Positions 8,914-23,600 of a DNA stretch of 64,000 nt are shown here, in pieces. The DNA is from Eledone cirrhosa. Lineage: Eukaryota. The notes under the pieces were generated by a model. The model searched no databases and was not told where the DNA came from. It saw only the letters and a program-made list of their open reading frames with translations. The stretch is taken from NCBI GenBank assembly GCA_964016885.1, contig OZ024741.1, positions 400,272,001 to 400,336,000 of the forward strand, given 5' to 3'. The translations under genes were made by a program, and so were the position numbers. The first letter of the stretch is position 1; every line of letters starts with the position of its first letter.

Positions 8914-11659
8914 AATCTAATTATTACACTTATACTGTAAATATGACAGTCAATAAAATGGAAAAAAGTTTTTATTCTTTCTGTGTGGCATGCTACCAAA
9001 TGGTCCATGGCCTGGTACCATCAGCAGCCCAGTACAGTCCACAGTACAGTACAGTCCACAGTACAGTAGAGTCCAAAGTCCAGAACAGTCCACAATACAG
9101 TACAGTTCACAACGCAGTACAGTCCACAGTACTGTACAGTCTACAGCCCAGTACAGTCCACAGCCCGGTACAGTCCACAGTATAGTCCAAAGTCCAGTAC
9201 AGTCCACAGTACAGTACAGTTCACAGTACAGTACAGTCCACAGTACAGTACAGTCCACAGCGCAGTACAGTCTACAGTACAGTCCACAGAAAAGTACAGT
9301 CGACAGCCCATTACAGTCCACAGTACAGTACAGTCCACAGTACAGTCCACAGCCCAGTACAGTTCACAGTACAGTCCACAGTACAGTACAGTACACAGTA
9401 CAGTACAGTCCACAGCCCAGTACAGTCCACAGTACAGTTCAGTCCACGGTACAGTACAGTCCACAGCCCAGTACAGCCCACAGTACAGCCCACAATACAG
9501 TACAGTCCACAGTACAGTCCATAGTACAGTACAGTCCACAGCCCAGTACAGTCCACATTACAGTACAGTCCACAGTACAGTTCAGTCCACAGTACAGTAC
9601 AGTCCACAGCCCAGTACAGTCCACAGTACATTACAGTCCACAGTACAGTCCACAGTACAGTACAGTCCAAAGTCCAGTACAGTCCACAATACAGTACAGT
9701 ACACAACCCAGTACTGTGTACAGTAAAGTACAGACCACAGTACTGTACAGTCCACAGCCCAGTACAATCCACAGTCCAGTACAGTCCAGAGTACAGTACA
9801 GTCCACAACCCAGTACAGTCCACAGTACTGTACAGTCCACAGCAAATTACAGTCCACAGCCCAGTATAGTCCAAAGTCCAGTACAGTACAGTACACAGTA
9901 CAGTACAGTCCACAGTACAGTACAGTCCACAACCCAGTACAGTCCACAGCCCAGTACAGTCTACAGTACAATCCACAGTACAGTACAGTCCATAGTACAG
10001 TACAGTCCAGAATACAGTACAGTCCACAATACAGTACAGTCCACAACTCAGTACAGTCCACAACCTAGTACATTCCACAGTAGAGTACAGTCCACAGTAC
10101 TGTACAGTCCACAGTACAGTACAGTCCACAGTACTGTAGAGTCCACAGCCCAGTACAGTCCACAGCACAGTAGAGTCAACAGTACAGTACAGTCAACAGT
10201 ACAGTAGAGTCCACAGCACAGCAGAGTCCACAGCACAGTAGAGTCCACAGCCCAGTACAGTCTACAGTACAGTCCACAGTACAGTACAGTCCAGTACAGT
10301 CCACAGTACAGTACAGTACAGTTCACAGTACAGTACAGTCCACAGCCCAGTACAGTCCACACTACAGTACAGACCACAGTACATTCCACAGCCCAGTTCA
10401 GTCCATAGTACAGTACAGACCACAGTACAGTACAGTCCACAGTACAGTACAGTCCAAATTCCAGTACAGTCCACAGTACAGTACAATCCACAGTACAGTC
10501 CACAGCCCAGTACAGTCCACTGTTCAGTACAGTTCACAATACAGTACAGTCCACAGTACAGTACAGTCCAAAGTCCTGTACAGTCCACAGTACTGTACAG
10601 TCCACAGCCGAGTACAGTCCACAACCCAGTACAGTCGACAGTACAGTACAGTCCACAGCCCAGTACAGTCGATAGTACAGTACAGTACACAGTACAGTAA
10701 GTTCACAGTACAGTCAACAGCCCAGTACAGTGTACAGTACAGTACAGTCCACAGCCCAGTACAGTCCAAAGTCCTGTACAGTCCACAGTACAGTACAGTC
10801 CACAGTACAGTCCAGAATACAGTACAGTCCACAACTCAGTACAGTCCACAACCCAGTACAGTCTACAGTACAGTACAGTCCACAGTACTGTACAGTTCAC
10901 AGTACTGTACAATCCACAGTACAGTACAATCCACAGCCCAGTACAATCCACAGTACTGTACAGTCCACAGCCCAGTACAGTCCACAGCCCAGTACAATCC
11001 ACAGTACAGTACAGTCCACAGTACACTACAGTTCACAGTAGAGTCCAGAGTACAGTACAGTCCACAGTACAGTATAGTCAACAGCCCAGTACCGTCCACA
11101 GTACAGTACAGTCCACAGTACAGTACACAGTACAGTACAGTCCACGGTATAGTACAGACCACAGTACAGTCCACAGCCCAGTACAGTCCACAGTACAGTA
11201 CAGTCCACAACCCAGTATATTCCACAACCCAGTACAGTCCACATCCCAGTACAGGCCACAGTACAGTCCGCAGCCCAGTACAGTCCACAGTACAGTACAG
11301 TCCACAGTACAGTAAAGTCTACAGTACAGTACAGTCCACAGCCCAGTACAGTCCACAGTACAGTCCCAGCCCAGTACAGTCCACAGTACAGTACAGTCCA
11401 CAGAACAGTACAGTCCACAATACAGTACAGTCCACAGTCCAGTACAGTCCAAAGTCCAGTACCATCCACAGTACAGTACAGTCCACAGTACAGTACAGCC
11501 ACAGTACAGTACAGTCCACAGCCCAGTAGAGTCCACATTACAGTACAGTCTACAGTACAGTACAGTCCACAGTACAGTACAGCCCACAGTATAGTACTGT
11601 CCAGAATACAGTACAGTCCAGAATACAGTACATTCCACAACCCAGTACAGTCCACACTA

Positions 11660-14600
11660 CAGTACAGTCCACAGTACACTACAGTCCACAGCCCAGTACT
11701 ATCCATAGTACAGTACAGTCAACAGCCCAGTACAATCCACAGTATAGTACAGTCCACAGCCCAGTACTATCCACAGTACTGTACAGTCCACAGCCCAGTA
11801 CAGTCCACAGTACACTCCAGAGTACAGTACAGTCCACACTACAGTACAGTCGACAGTCCACAGTACAGTACAGTTCACAGTACAGTACAGTCCACAGTAC
11901 AGTTCGAAGTCCAGTACAGCCCACAGTACAGTACAGTCCAAAGTACAGTACAGTCCAGAGTTCAGGACTGTCCACAGTACAGTATAGGCCACAGTACAGT
12001 CCACAGTACAGTACAGTACACAGCCCAGTACAGTCCACACTACAGTCCACACTACAATACAGTCCACAGTACAGTACAGTGCACAGCCCAGTACAGTCCA
12101 CAGTACAGTCCACAGGCCAGTACAGTACGGTCCACAGTACAGTACAGTCCGCAGCCCAGTACAGTCCACAGTACAGTCCCAGCCCTGTAGAGTCCACAGT
12201 ACAGTCCAAATTCCAGTACAGTCCACAATACAGTACAGTCCACAACCCTGTATAATCCACAACCCAGTACAGTCTACATTACAGTACAGTTCACAGTACT
12301 GTACAGTCCAGAGCCCAGTACAGTCCACAGTACAGACCACAGTACAGTACAGACCACAGCCCAGTACAGTCCACAGCCCAGTACAGTCCACAGTACAGTA
12401 CAGTCCACAGTACACTACAGTCACCAGCCCAGTACAGTCCACAGCCCAGTACAGTCCACCGCCCAGTACAGTCCACAGTACAGTACAGTCAACAGACCAG
12501 TACAGTCCACAGCCCAGTACAGTCCACAGTACAGTACAGTCCACAGCCCAGTACAGTCCTGAATACAGTCCACAATACAATACAGTCCACAGTAGAGTAC
12601 AGTCCACAGCCCAGTACAGGCCAGAGTACAGTAAGTCCCCAGTAGATTACAATCCACAGAACCCTACAATCCACAGCCCAGTACAGTCCAAAGTCCAGTA
12701 CAATCCACAGTACAGTACAGTCCACAGTACAGTACAGCCACAGTACAGTACATTCCACAGTACAGTCCACAGCCCAGTACAGTCCACAGACCAGTACATT
12801 GAACATTACAGTACAGTCTACAGTACAGTAAAGTCCACAGTACAGTACTATCCACAGTACTGTACAGTCCACAGCCCAGTACTGTCCACAGTACAGTACA
12901 GTCCAGAATACAGTACAGTCCACAGCCCAGTACAGTCCACACTGCAGTACAATCCACACTACAGTGCACAGTACAGGCCACAGTACCGTTAACAGTAGAG
13001 TCCACAGTAAAGTACAGCCCTCAGTACAGCCCTCAGTACAGTACAGTCCAGAGTACAGTCCACATTACAGTACAGTCCACAGCTCAGTACAGTCCAAAGT
13101 CCAGTACAGTCCACAGTACACTCCAGAGTACAGTACAGTCCACAGTACAGTACAGCCCACATCCCAGTTCAGTCCACAGTACAGTACAGTTCACAGTACA
13201 GTACAGTCCACAGTACAGTACAGTTCGAAGTCCAGTACAGTCCACAGTACAGTTCAGTCCACAGTACAGTACAGAACACAGTACAGTCCACAGACCAGTA
13301 CACTCCACAGTACAGTACAGTCCACAGTACAGTAGAGTCCACAGGACAGTACAGTCCACAGACCAGTACAGTCCCCAATACAGTAAAGTCCACAGTACAG
13401 TACAGTCCACAGCCCAGTACAGTCCACAGTACAGTCCAAAGTCTAGTACAGTCCACACTACAGTACAGTGCACAGTACAGTACTGTCCACAGTGCAGTAC
13501 AGTCCACAACGCAGTACAGTCCATAATCCAGTACAGTCCACAGTACAGTACAGTCCAAAGTACAGTACAGTCCACAGCCCAGTACAGTCCACAGCCCAGT
13601 ACAGTCCACAGTACAGTACAGTCCACAGTACTGTACAGTCCACAGCACAGTACAGTCCACAGTACGGTACAAATCCAGTACAGTCCACAATACAGTACAG
13701 TCCAAAGTCCAGTACAATCCACAGTACAGTACAGCCACAGTACAGTGCAGTCCACAGTACAGTCCACAGCCCAGTACAGTCCACATCCCAGTACAGTCCA
13801 CAGACCAGTACAGTCCACATTACAGTACAGTCTACAGTACAGTACAGTTCACAGTACAGCCCACAGTATAGTACAGTCCAGAATACAGTACAGTCCACAA
13901 TACAGTACAGTCCACAACCCAGTACAGTCTACAACCCTGTACAGTCCACAGTACAGTACAGACCACAGTACTGTACAGTCCACATTACAGTACAGTCCAC
14001 ATTACAGTACAGTCCACAGCCCAGTACTATCCACAGTACTGTACAGTCCACAGCCAAGTACAGTCCACAGTACAGTACAGTCCACAGTACAGTACAATCC
14101 ACAGTCCAGTACAGTACACACTACAGTACAATCCACAGTAAAGTACAGTCCACAGTACAGGCCACAGTACAGTTCATAGTACAGTCCACAGTACAGCCCA
14201 CAGTACAGTCCACAGTACAGTACAGTCCACAGTACAGTCCACAGTACAGTACAGACCACAACCCAGTACAGTCAACAACCTAGTACAGTCCACAGTACAG
14301 TCCACAGTACAGTACAGTCCAAAGTCCAGTACAGTCCACAATGCAGTACACTCCACAACCCAGTACAGTCCACAACCCAGTACAGTCTACAGTAAAGTAC
14401 AGTCCACAGTACTGTACAGTCCACAGCCCAGTACAGTCCCCAGCCCAGTACAGTCCACAGTACAGTACAGTCCACAGCCCAGTACAGTCCACAGTACAGT
14501 ACAGTCCACAGTACAGTACAGTCCACAACCAAGTACAGTCTACAGTATAGCCCACAGTACAGTATAGTCCATAACCCAGTACGGTCCACAGTACAGTCCA

Positions 14601-17600
14601 CAGTACAGTACAGTCCACAGCCCAGTACAGTCCATACTACAGTACAGTGCACAGTACAGTACAGTCCACAGCCCAGTTCAGTCCACAGCCCAGTTCAGTC
14701 CATAGTACAGTACATATCACAGTACAGTACAGTCCACAGGACAGTCCAAAATCCAGTACAGTCCACAGTACAGTACAGTCCACAGTACACTACAGTCCAC
14801 AGTACAGTCCACAGCCCAGTACAGTCCACAGTACAGTACAGGCAGCAGTACAGTACAGTTCACAATACAGTACAGTCAACAGTACAGTACAGTCCAAAGT
14901 CCAGTACAGTCCACAATAATGTACAGTCCACAACCCAGTACGGTCCACAACCCAATACAGTCTACAGTACAGTACAGTCCACAGTACTGTACAGTCCACG
15001 GCCCAGTACAGTCCACAGCCCAGTACAGTCCACAGCCCAGGACAGTCCACAGTACAGTACAGTCCAGAATACAGTACAGTCCACAACTCAGTACAGTCCA
15101 CAACCCAGTACAGTCTACAGTACAGTACAGTCCAAAGTAGTGTATAGTTCACAGTACAGTACAGTCCACAGTACAGTACAGTCCACAGCCCAGTACAATC
15201 CACAGTACTGTACAGACCACAGCCCGGTACAGTCCACAGCCCAGTACAATCCACAGTACAGTACAGTCCACAGTACAGTACAGTCCACAGTACAGTACAG
15301 TCCACAGCCCAGTAGTGTCCACACTACAGTACAGTCCACAGTACACTACAGTCCACAGCCCAGTTCAGTCCACAGTACAGTACAGTTCACAGTACAGTAC
15401 AGTCCACAGTACAGTACAGTTCGATATCCAGTACAGTCCACAGTACAGTACAGTCCACAGCCCAGTTCAGTCCACAGTACAGTACAGTTCAAAGTACAGT
15501 CCACAGTACAGTACAGTTCGATATCCAGTACAGTCAACAGTACAGTCCACAGTACATTACAGACCACAGTACAGTACAGTCCACAGTACAGTACAGTCCA
15601 CAGGCCAGTACTATCAACATTACTGTACAGTCCACAGCCCAGTACAGTCCACTGTACAGTACAGTCCACAGTACTGTACAGTCCACAGCCCAGTACAGTC
15701 CACACTACAGTACAATCCACAGTACAGTACAGTCCAGAGTACAGGCCACAGTACAGTTCACAGTACAGTCCACAGTACAGTACAGCCCACAGTACAGTAC
15801 AGTCCAAAGTACAGTATAGTCCACAGTACAGTACAGTCCACAGTACAGTACAGACCACAACCAGTACAGTCCACAATCCAGTACAGTCCACAGTACAGTA
15901 CAATCCAAAGTCCAGTACAGTCCACAATACAGTACACTCCACAACCCAGTACAGTCTACAACCCAGTACAGTCTACAGTAAAGTACAGTCCACAGTACTA
16001 TACAGTCCACAGCCCAGTACAGTCCACAGCCCAGTACAGTCCACAGTACAGTACAGTCCACAGCCCAGTACAGTCCACACTACAGTACAGTGCACAGTAC
16101 AGTACAGTCCACAGCCCAGTACAGTCCACAGTACAGTACAGTCCACAGTACTGTACAGTCCACAGCACAGTACAGTCCGCAGTACGGTACAAAGTCCAGT
16201 ACAGTCCACAATACAGTACAGTCCACAATCCAATACAGTCCACAACCCAGTAAGTCTACAGTACAGAATACAGTACAGTCCACAATACAGTACAGTCCAC
16301 AACCCAGTACAGTCCACAACCCTGTACAGTCCAGAGTACAGTACAGACCACAGTACTGTACAGTCCACAGTACAGTCCACAGTACAGTACAGACCACAAC
16401 CCAGTTCAGTCCACAACCTAGTACAGTCCACAGTACAGTACAGTCCAAAGTCCAGTACAGTCCACAATGCAGTACACACCTCAACCCAGTACACTCCACA
16501 ACACAGTACAGTCTACAGTACAGCCCACAGTACAGTACAGTCCATAACCCAGTACGGTCCGCAGTACAGTCCACAGTACAGTACAGTCCACAGCCAAGTA
16601 CAGTCCATACTACAGTACAGTCCACAGTACAGTACAGTCCACAGCCCAGTTCAGTCCACAGCCCAGTTCAGTCCATATTACAGTACAGACCACAGTACAG
16701 TATAGTCCACAGTACAGTACAGTCCACAGTACACTACAGTCCACAGTACAGTCCACAGCCCAGTACAGTCCACAGTACAGTACAGGCAGCAGTACAGTAC
16801 AGTTCACAATACAGTACAGTCAACAGTACAGTACAGTCCAAAGTCCAGTACAGTCCACAATAATGTACAGTCCACAACCCAGTACGTTCCACAACCCAAT
16901 ACAGTCTACAGTACAGTACAGTCCACAGTACTGTACAGTCCACGGCCCAGTACAGTCCACAGCCCAGTACAGTCCACAGCCCAGGACAGTCCACAGTACA
17001 GTACAGTCCAGAATACAGTACAGTCCACAACTCAGTACAGTCCACAACCCAGTACAGTCTACAGTACAGTACAGTCCAAAGTAGTGTATAGTTCACAGTA
17101 CAGTACAGTCCACAGTACAGTACAGTCCACAGCCCAGTACAATCCACAGTACTGTACAGACCACAGCCCGGTACAGTCCACAGCCCAGTACAATCCACAG
17201 TACAGTACAGTCCACAATACAGTACAGTCCACAGTACAGTACAGTCCACAGCCCAGTAGTGTCCACACTACAGTACAGTCCACAGTACACTACAGTCCAC
17301 AGCCCAGTTCAGTCCACAGTACAGTACAGTTCACAGTACAGTACAGTCCACAGTACAGTACAGTTCGATATCCAGTACAGTCCACAGTACAGTACAGTCC
17401 ACAGCCCAGTTCAATCCACAGTACAGTACAGTTCAAAGTACAGTCCACAGTACAGTACAGTTCGATATCCAGTACAGTCAACAGTACAGTCCACAGTACA
17501 TTACAGACCACAGTACAGTCCACAGTACAGTACAGTCCACAGTACAGTACAGTCCACAGGCCAGTACTATCAACATTACTGTACAGTCCACAGCCCAGTA

Positions 17601-20600
17601 CAGTCCACTGTACAGTACAGTCCACAGTACTGTACAGTCCACAGCCCAGTACAGTCCACACTACAGTACAATCCACAGTACAGTACAGTCCAGAGTACAG
17701 GCCACAGTACAGTTCACAGTACAGTCCACAGTACAGTACAGCCCACAGTACAGTACAGTCCAAAGTACAGTATAGTCCACAGTACAGTACAGTCCACAGT
17801 ACAGTACAGACCACAACCAGTACAGTCCACAATCCAGTACAGTCCACAGTACAGTACAATCCAAAGTCCAGTACAGTCCACAATACAGTACACTCCACAA
17901 CCCAGTACAGTCTACAACCCAGTACAGTCTACAGTAAAGTACAGTCCACAGTACTATACAGTCCACAGCCCAGTACAGACCACAGCCCAGTACAGTCCAC
18001 AGTACAGTACAGTCCACAGCCCAGTACAGTCCACACTACAGTACAGTGCACAGTACAGTACAGTCCACAGCCCAGTACAGTCCACAGTACAGTACAGTCC
18101 ACAGTACTGTACAGTCCACAGCACAGTACAGTCCGCAGTACGGTACAAAGTCCAGTACAGTCCACAATACAGTACAGTCCACAATCCAATACAGTCCACA
18201 ACCCAGTAAGTCTACAGTACAGAATACAGTACAGTCCACAATACAGTACAGTCCACAACCCAGTACAGTCCACAACCCTGTACAGTCCAGAGTACAGTAC
18301 AGACCACAGTACTGTACAGTCCACAGTACAGTCCACAGTACAGTACAGACCACAACCCAGTTCAGTCCACAACCTAGTACAGTCCACAGTACAGTACAGT
18401 CCAAAGTCCAGTACAGTCCACAATGCAGTACACACCTCAACCCAGTACACTCCACAACCCAGTACAGTCTACAGTACAGCCCACAGTACAGTACAGTCCA
18501 CAGTACAGTCCACAACCCAGTACATTCCACAGTGCAGTACAGGCAACAGTACAGTACAGTTCACAATACAGAACAGTCAACAGTACAGTACAGTCCAAAG
18601 TCCAGTACAGTCCACAATACTGTACAGTTCATAACCCAGTACGGTCCACAACCCAATACAGTCTACAGTACAGTACAGTCCATAGTACTGTACAGTCCAC
18701 AGCCCAGTACAGTCCACAGCCCAGTACAGTCCACAGCCCAGTACAGTCCACAGTACTGTACAGTCCAGAAAACAGTACAGTCCACAATTCAGTACAGTCT
18801 ACAGTACAGTACAGTCCACAGTAGTGTATAGTTCACAGTACAGTACAGTTCACAATACAGTACAGTCCACAGTACAGTACAGTTCGATATCCAGTACAGT
18901 CCACAGTACAGTCCACAGTACATTACAGACCACAGTACAGTCCACAGTACAATAAGTCCACAGTACAGTACAGTCCACAGCCCAGTACTATCCACAGTAC
19001 TGTACAGTCCACAGCCCAGTACAGTCCACAGTACAGTACAGTCCACAGTACTGTACAATCCACAGCCCAGTACAGTCCACACTACAGTACAATCCACAGT
19101 ACAGTACAGTCCACAGTACAGGCCACAGTACAGTTCACAGTACAGTCCACAGTACAGTACAGCCCACAGTACAGTACAGTCCACAGTACAGTATAGTCCA
19201 CAGTACAGTACAATCCACAGTACAGTACAGACCACAACCAGTACAGTCCACAACCCAGTACAGTCCACAGTACAGTACAGTCCAAAGTCCAGTACAGTCC
19301 ACAATACACTACACTCCACAACCCAGTACAGTCCACAACCCAGTACAGTCTACAGTAAAGTACAGTCCACAGTACTATACAGTCCACATCCCAGTACAGT
19401 CCACAGTACAGTACAGTCCACAGCCCAGTACAGTCCACACTACAGTACAGTCCACAGTACAGTACAGTCCACAGCCCAGTTCAGTCCATAGTACAGTACA
19501 GATCACAGTACAGTACAGTCCACAGTAAAGTACAGTCCAAACTCCAGTACAGTCCACAGTACAGTCCACAGTACAGTACAGTCCACAGTACAGTACAGTT
19601 CACAATACAGTACAGTCAACAGTACAGTACAGTCCAAAGTCTAGTACAGTCCACAATACTGTACAGTCCACAACCCAGTGCGTTCCACAACCCAGTACAG
19701 TCTACAGTACAGTACAGTCCACAGCCCAGTACAGTCCACAGCCGAGTACAGTCCACAGTATAGTACAGTCCAAATCCAGTACAGTCCACAGTACAGTACA
19801 CAGTACAGTACAGTCCACAGTACAGTCAACAGCCCAGTACAGTCCACAGCCCAGGACAGTCCACAGTACAGTACAGTCCAGAATACAGTACAGTCCACAA
19901 CTCAGTACAGTCCACAACCCAGTACAGTCTACAGTACAGTACAGTCCAAAGTAGTGTATAGTTCACAGTACAGTACAGTCCACAGTACAGTACAGTCCAC
20001 AGCCCAGTACAATCCACAGTACTGTACAGACCACAGCCCGGTACAGTCCACAGCCCAGTACAATCCACAGTACAGTACAGTCCACAGTACAGTACAGTCC
20101 ACAGTACAGTACAGTCCACAGCCCAGTAGTGTCCACACTACAGTACAGTCCACAGTACACTACAGTCCACAGCCCAGTTCAGTCCACAGTACAGTACAGT
20201 TCACAGTACAGTACAGTCCACAGTACAGTACAGTTCGATATCCAGTACAGTCCACAGTACAGTACAGTCCACAGCCCAGTTCAATCCACAGTACAGTACA
20301 GTTCAAAGTACAGTCCACAGTACAGTACAGTTCGATATCCAGTACAGTCAACAGTACAGTCCACAGTACATTACAGACCACAGTACAGTCCACAGTACAG
20401 TACAGTCCACAGTACAGTACAGTCCACAGGCCAGTACTATCAACATTACTGTACAGTCCACAGCCCAGTACAGTCCACTGTACAGTACAGTCCACAGTAC
20501 TGTACAGTCCACAGCCCAGTACAGTCCACACTACAGTACAATCCACAGTACAGTACAGTCCAGAGTACAGGCCACAGTACAGTTCACAGTACAGTCCACA

Positions 20601-23600
20601 GTACAGTACAGCCCACAGTACAGTACAGTCCAAAGTACAGTATAGTCCACAGTACAGTACAGTCCACAGTACAGTACAGACCACAACCAGTACAGTCCAC
20701 AATCCAGTACAGTCCACAGTACAGTACAATCCAAAGTCCAGTACAGTCCACAATACAGTACACTCCACAACCCAGTACAGTCTACAACCCAGTACAGTCT
20801 ACAGTAAAGTACAGTCCACAGTACTATACAGTCCACAGCCCAGTACAGACCACAGCCCAGTACAGTCCACAGTACAGTACAGTCCACAGCCCAGTACAGT
20901 CCACACTACAGTACAGTGCACAGTACAGTACAGTCCACAGCCCAGTACAGTCCACAGTACAGTACAGTCCACAGTACTGTACAGTCCACAGCACAGTACA
21001 GTCCGCAGTACGGTACAAAGTCCAGTACAGTCCACAATACAGTACAGTCCACAATCCAATACAGTCCACAACCCAGTAAGTCTACAGTACAGAATACAGT
21101 ACAGTCCACAATACAGTACAGTCCACAACCCAGTACAGTCCACAACCCTGTACAGTCCAGAGTACAGTACAGACCACAGTACTGTACAGTCCACAGTACA
21201 GTCCACAGTACAGTACAGACCACAACCCAGTTCAGTCCACAACCTAGTACAGTCCACAGTACAGTACAGTCCAAAGTCCAGTACAGTCCACAATGCAGTA
21301 CACACCTCAACCCAGTACACTCCACAACCCAGTACAGTCTACAGTACAGCCCACAGTACAGTACAGTCCACAGTACAGTCCACAACCCAGTACATTCCAC
21401 AGTGCAGTACAGGCAACAGTACAGTACAGTTCACAATACAGAACAGTCAACAGTACAGTACAGTCCAAAGTCCAGTACAGTCCACAATACTGTACAGTTC
21501 ATAACCCAGTACGGTCCACAACCCAATACAGTCTACAGTACAGTACAGTCCATAGTACTGTACAGTCCACAGCCCAGTACAGTCCACAGCCCAGTACAGT
21601 CCACAGCCCAGTACAGTCCACAGTACTGTACAGTCCAGAAAACAGTACAGTCCACAATTCAGTACAGTCTACAGTACAGTACAGTCCACAGTAGTGTATA
21701 GTTCACAGTACAGTACAGTTCACAATACAGTACAGTCCACAGTACAGTACAGTTCGATATCCAGTACAGTCCACAGTACAGTCCACAGTACATTACAGAC
21801 CACAGTACAGTCCACAGTACAATAAGTCCACAGTACAGTACAGTCCACAGCCCAGTACTATCCACAGTACTGTACAGTCCACAGCCCAGTACAGTCCACA
21901 GTACAGTACAGTCCACAGTACTGTACAATCCACAGCCCAGTACAGTCCACACTACAGTACAATCCACAGTACAGTACAGTCCACAGTACAGGCCACAGTA
22001 CAGTTCACAGTACAGTCCACAGTACAGTACAGCCCACAGTACAGTACAGTCCACAGTACAGTATAGTCCACAGTACAGTACAATCCACAGTACAGTACAG
22101 ACCACAACCAGTACAGTCCACAACCCAGTACAGTCCACAGTACAGTACAGTCCAAAGTCCAGTACAGTCCACAATACACTACACTCCACAACCCAGTACA
22201 GTCCACAACCCAGTACAGTCTACAGTAAAGTACAGTCCACAGTACTATACAGTCCACATCCCAGTACAGTCCACAGTACAGTACAGTCCACAGCCCAGTA
22301 CAGTCCACACTACAGTACAGTCCACAGTACAGTACAGTCCACAGCCCAGTTCAGTCCATAGTACAGTACAGATCACAGTACAGTACAGTCCACAGTAAAG
22401 TACAGTCCAAACTCCAGTACAGTCCACAGTACAGTCCACAGTACAGTACAGTCCACAGTACAGTACAGTTCACAATACAGTACAGTCAACAGTACAGTAC
22501 AGTCCAAAGTCTAGTACAGTCCACAATACTGTACAGTCCACAACCCAGTGCGTTCCACAACCCAGTACAGTCTACAGTACAGTACAGTCCACAGCCCAGT
22601 ACAGTCCACAGCCGAGTACAGTCCACAGTATAGTACAGTCCAAATCCAGTACAGTCCACAGTACAGTACACAGTACAGTACAGTCCACAGTACAGTCAAC
22701 AGCCCAGTACAGTCTACTGTACAGTCCACAGCCCAGTAGTGTCCACACTACAGTACAGTCCACAGTACAGTACAGTCCACAGTACAGTACAGTCCACAGC
22801 CTAGTTCAGTCCACAGTACAGTACAGTTCACAGTACAGTACAGTCCACAGTACAGTACAGTTCGAAGTCCAGTACAGTCCACAGTACAGTCCACAGTACA
22901 GTAAGTCCACAGTACAGTACAGTCCAAAGTCCAGTACATTCCACAATACTGTACAGTCGACAACCCAGTACAGTCCACAACCCAGTACAGTCTACAGTAC
23001 AGTACAGTCCACAGTACTGTACAGTCCACAGCCCATTACAGTCCACAGTACAGTACAATCCAAGTCCAATACAGTCCACAGTACAGCCCACAGTATAGTA
23101 CAGTCCAGAATACAATACAGTCCAGAATACAGTACAGTCCACAACCCAGTACAGTCAACAACCCTGTCCAGTCCTCAGTACAGTACAGACCACACTACTG
23201 TACAGTCCACACTACAGTACAGTCCACAGTACAGTACAGTTCACAGCCCAGTACTATCCACAGTACTGTATAGTCCTAAGCCCAGTACAGTCCACAGTAC
23301 AGTACAGTCCACAGCCCAGTACAGTCAACACTACAGTACAATCCACAGTACAGTACAGTGCACAGTACAGGCAACAGTACAGTTCACAGTACAGTCCAGA
23401 GTACAGTACAGTCCACAGTACAGTACAGTCCAAAGTCCAGTACAGTCCACAGCCCAGTAAGTCCACAGTACTGTGCATTCCACAGCACTACAGTCCGCAG
23501 CCCATTACAGTCCACAGTACAGTACAGTACAGTCCAAAGTCCAGTACAGTCTACAGTACACAGTACAGTACTGTCCACAGTACAGTACAGTCCACAATCC

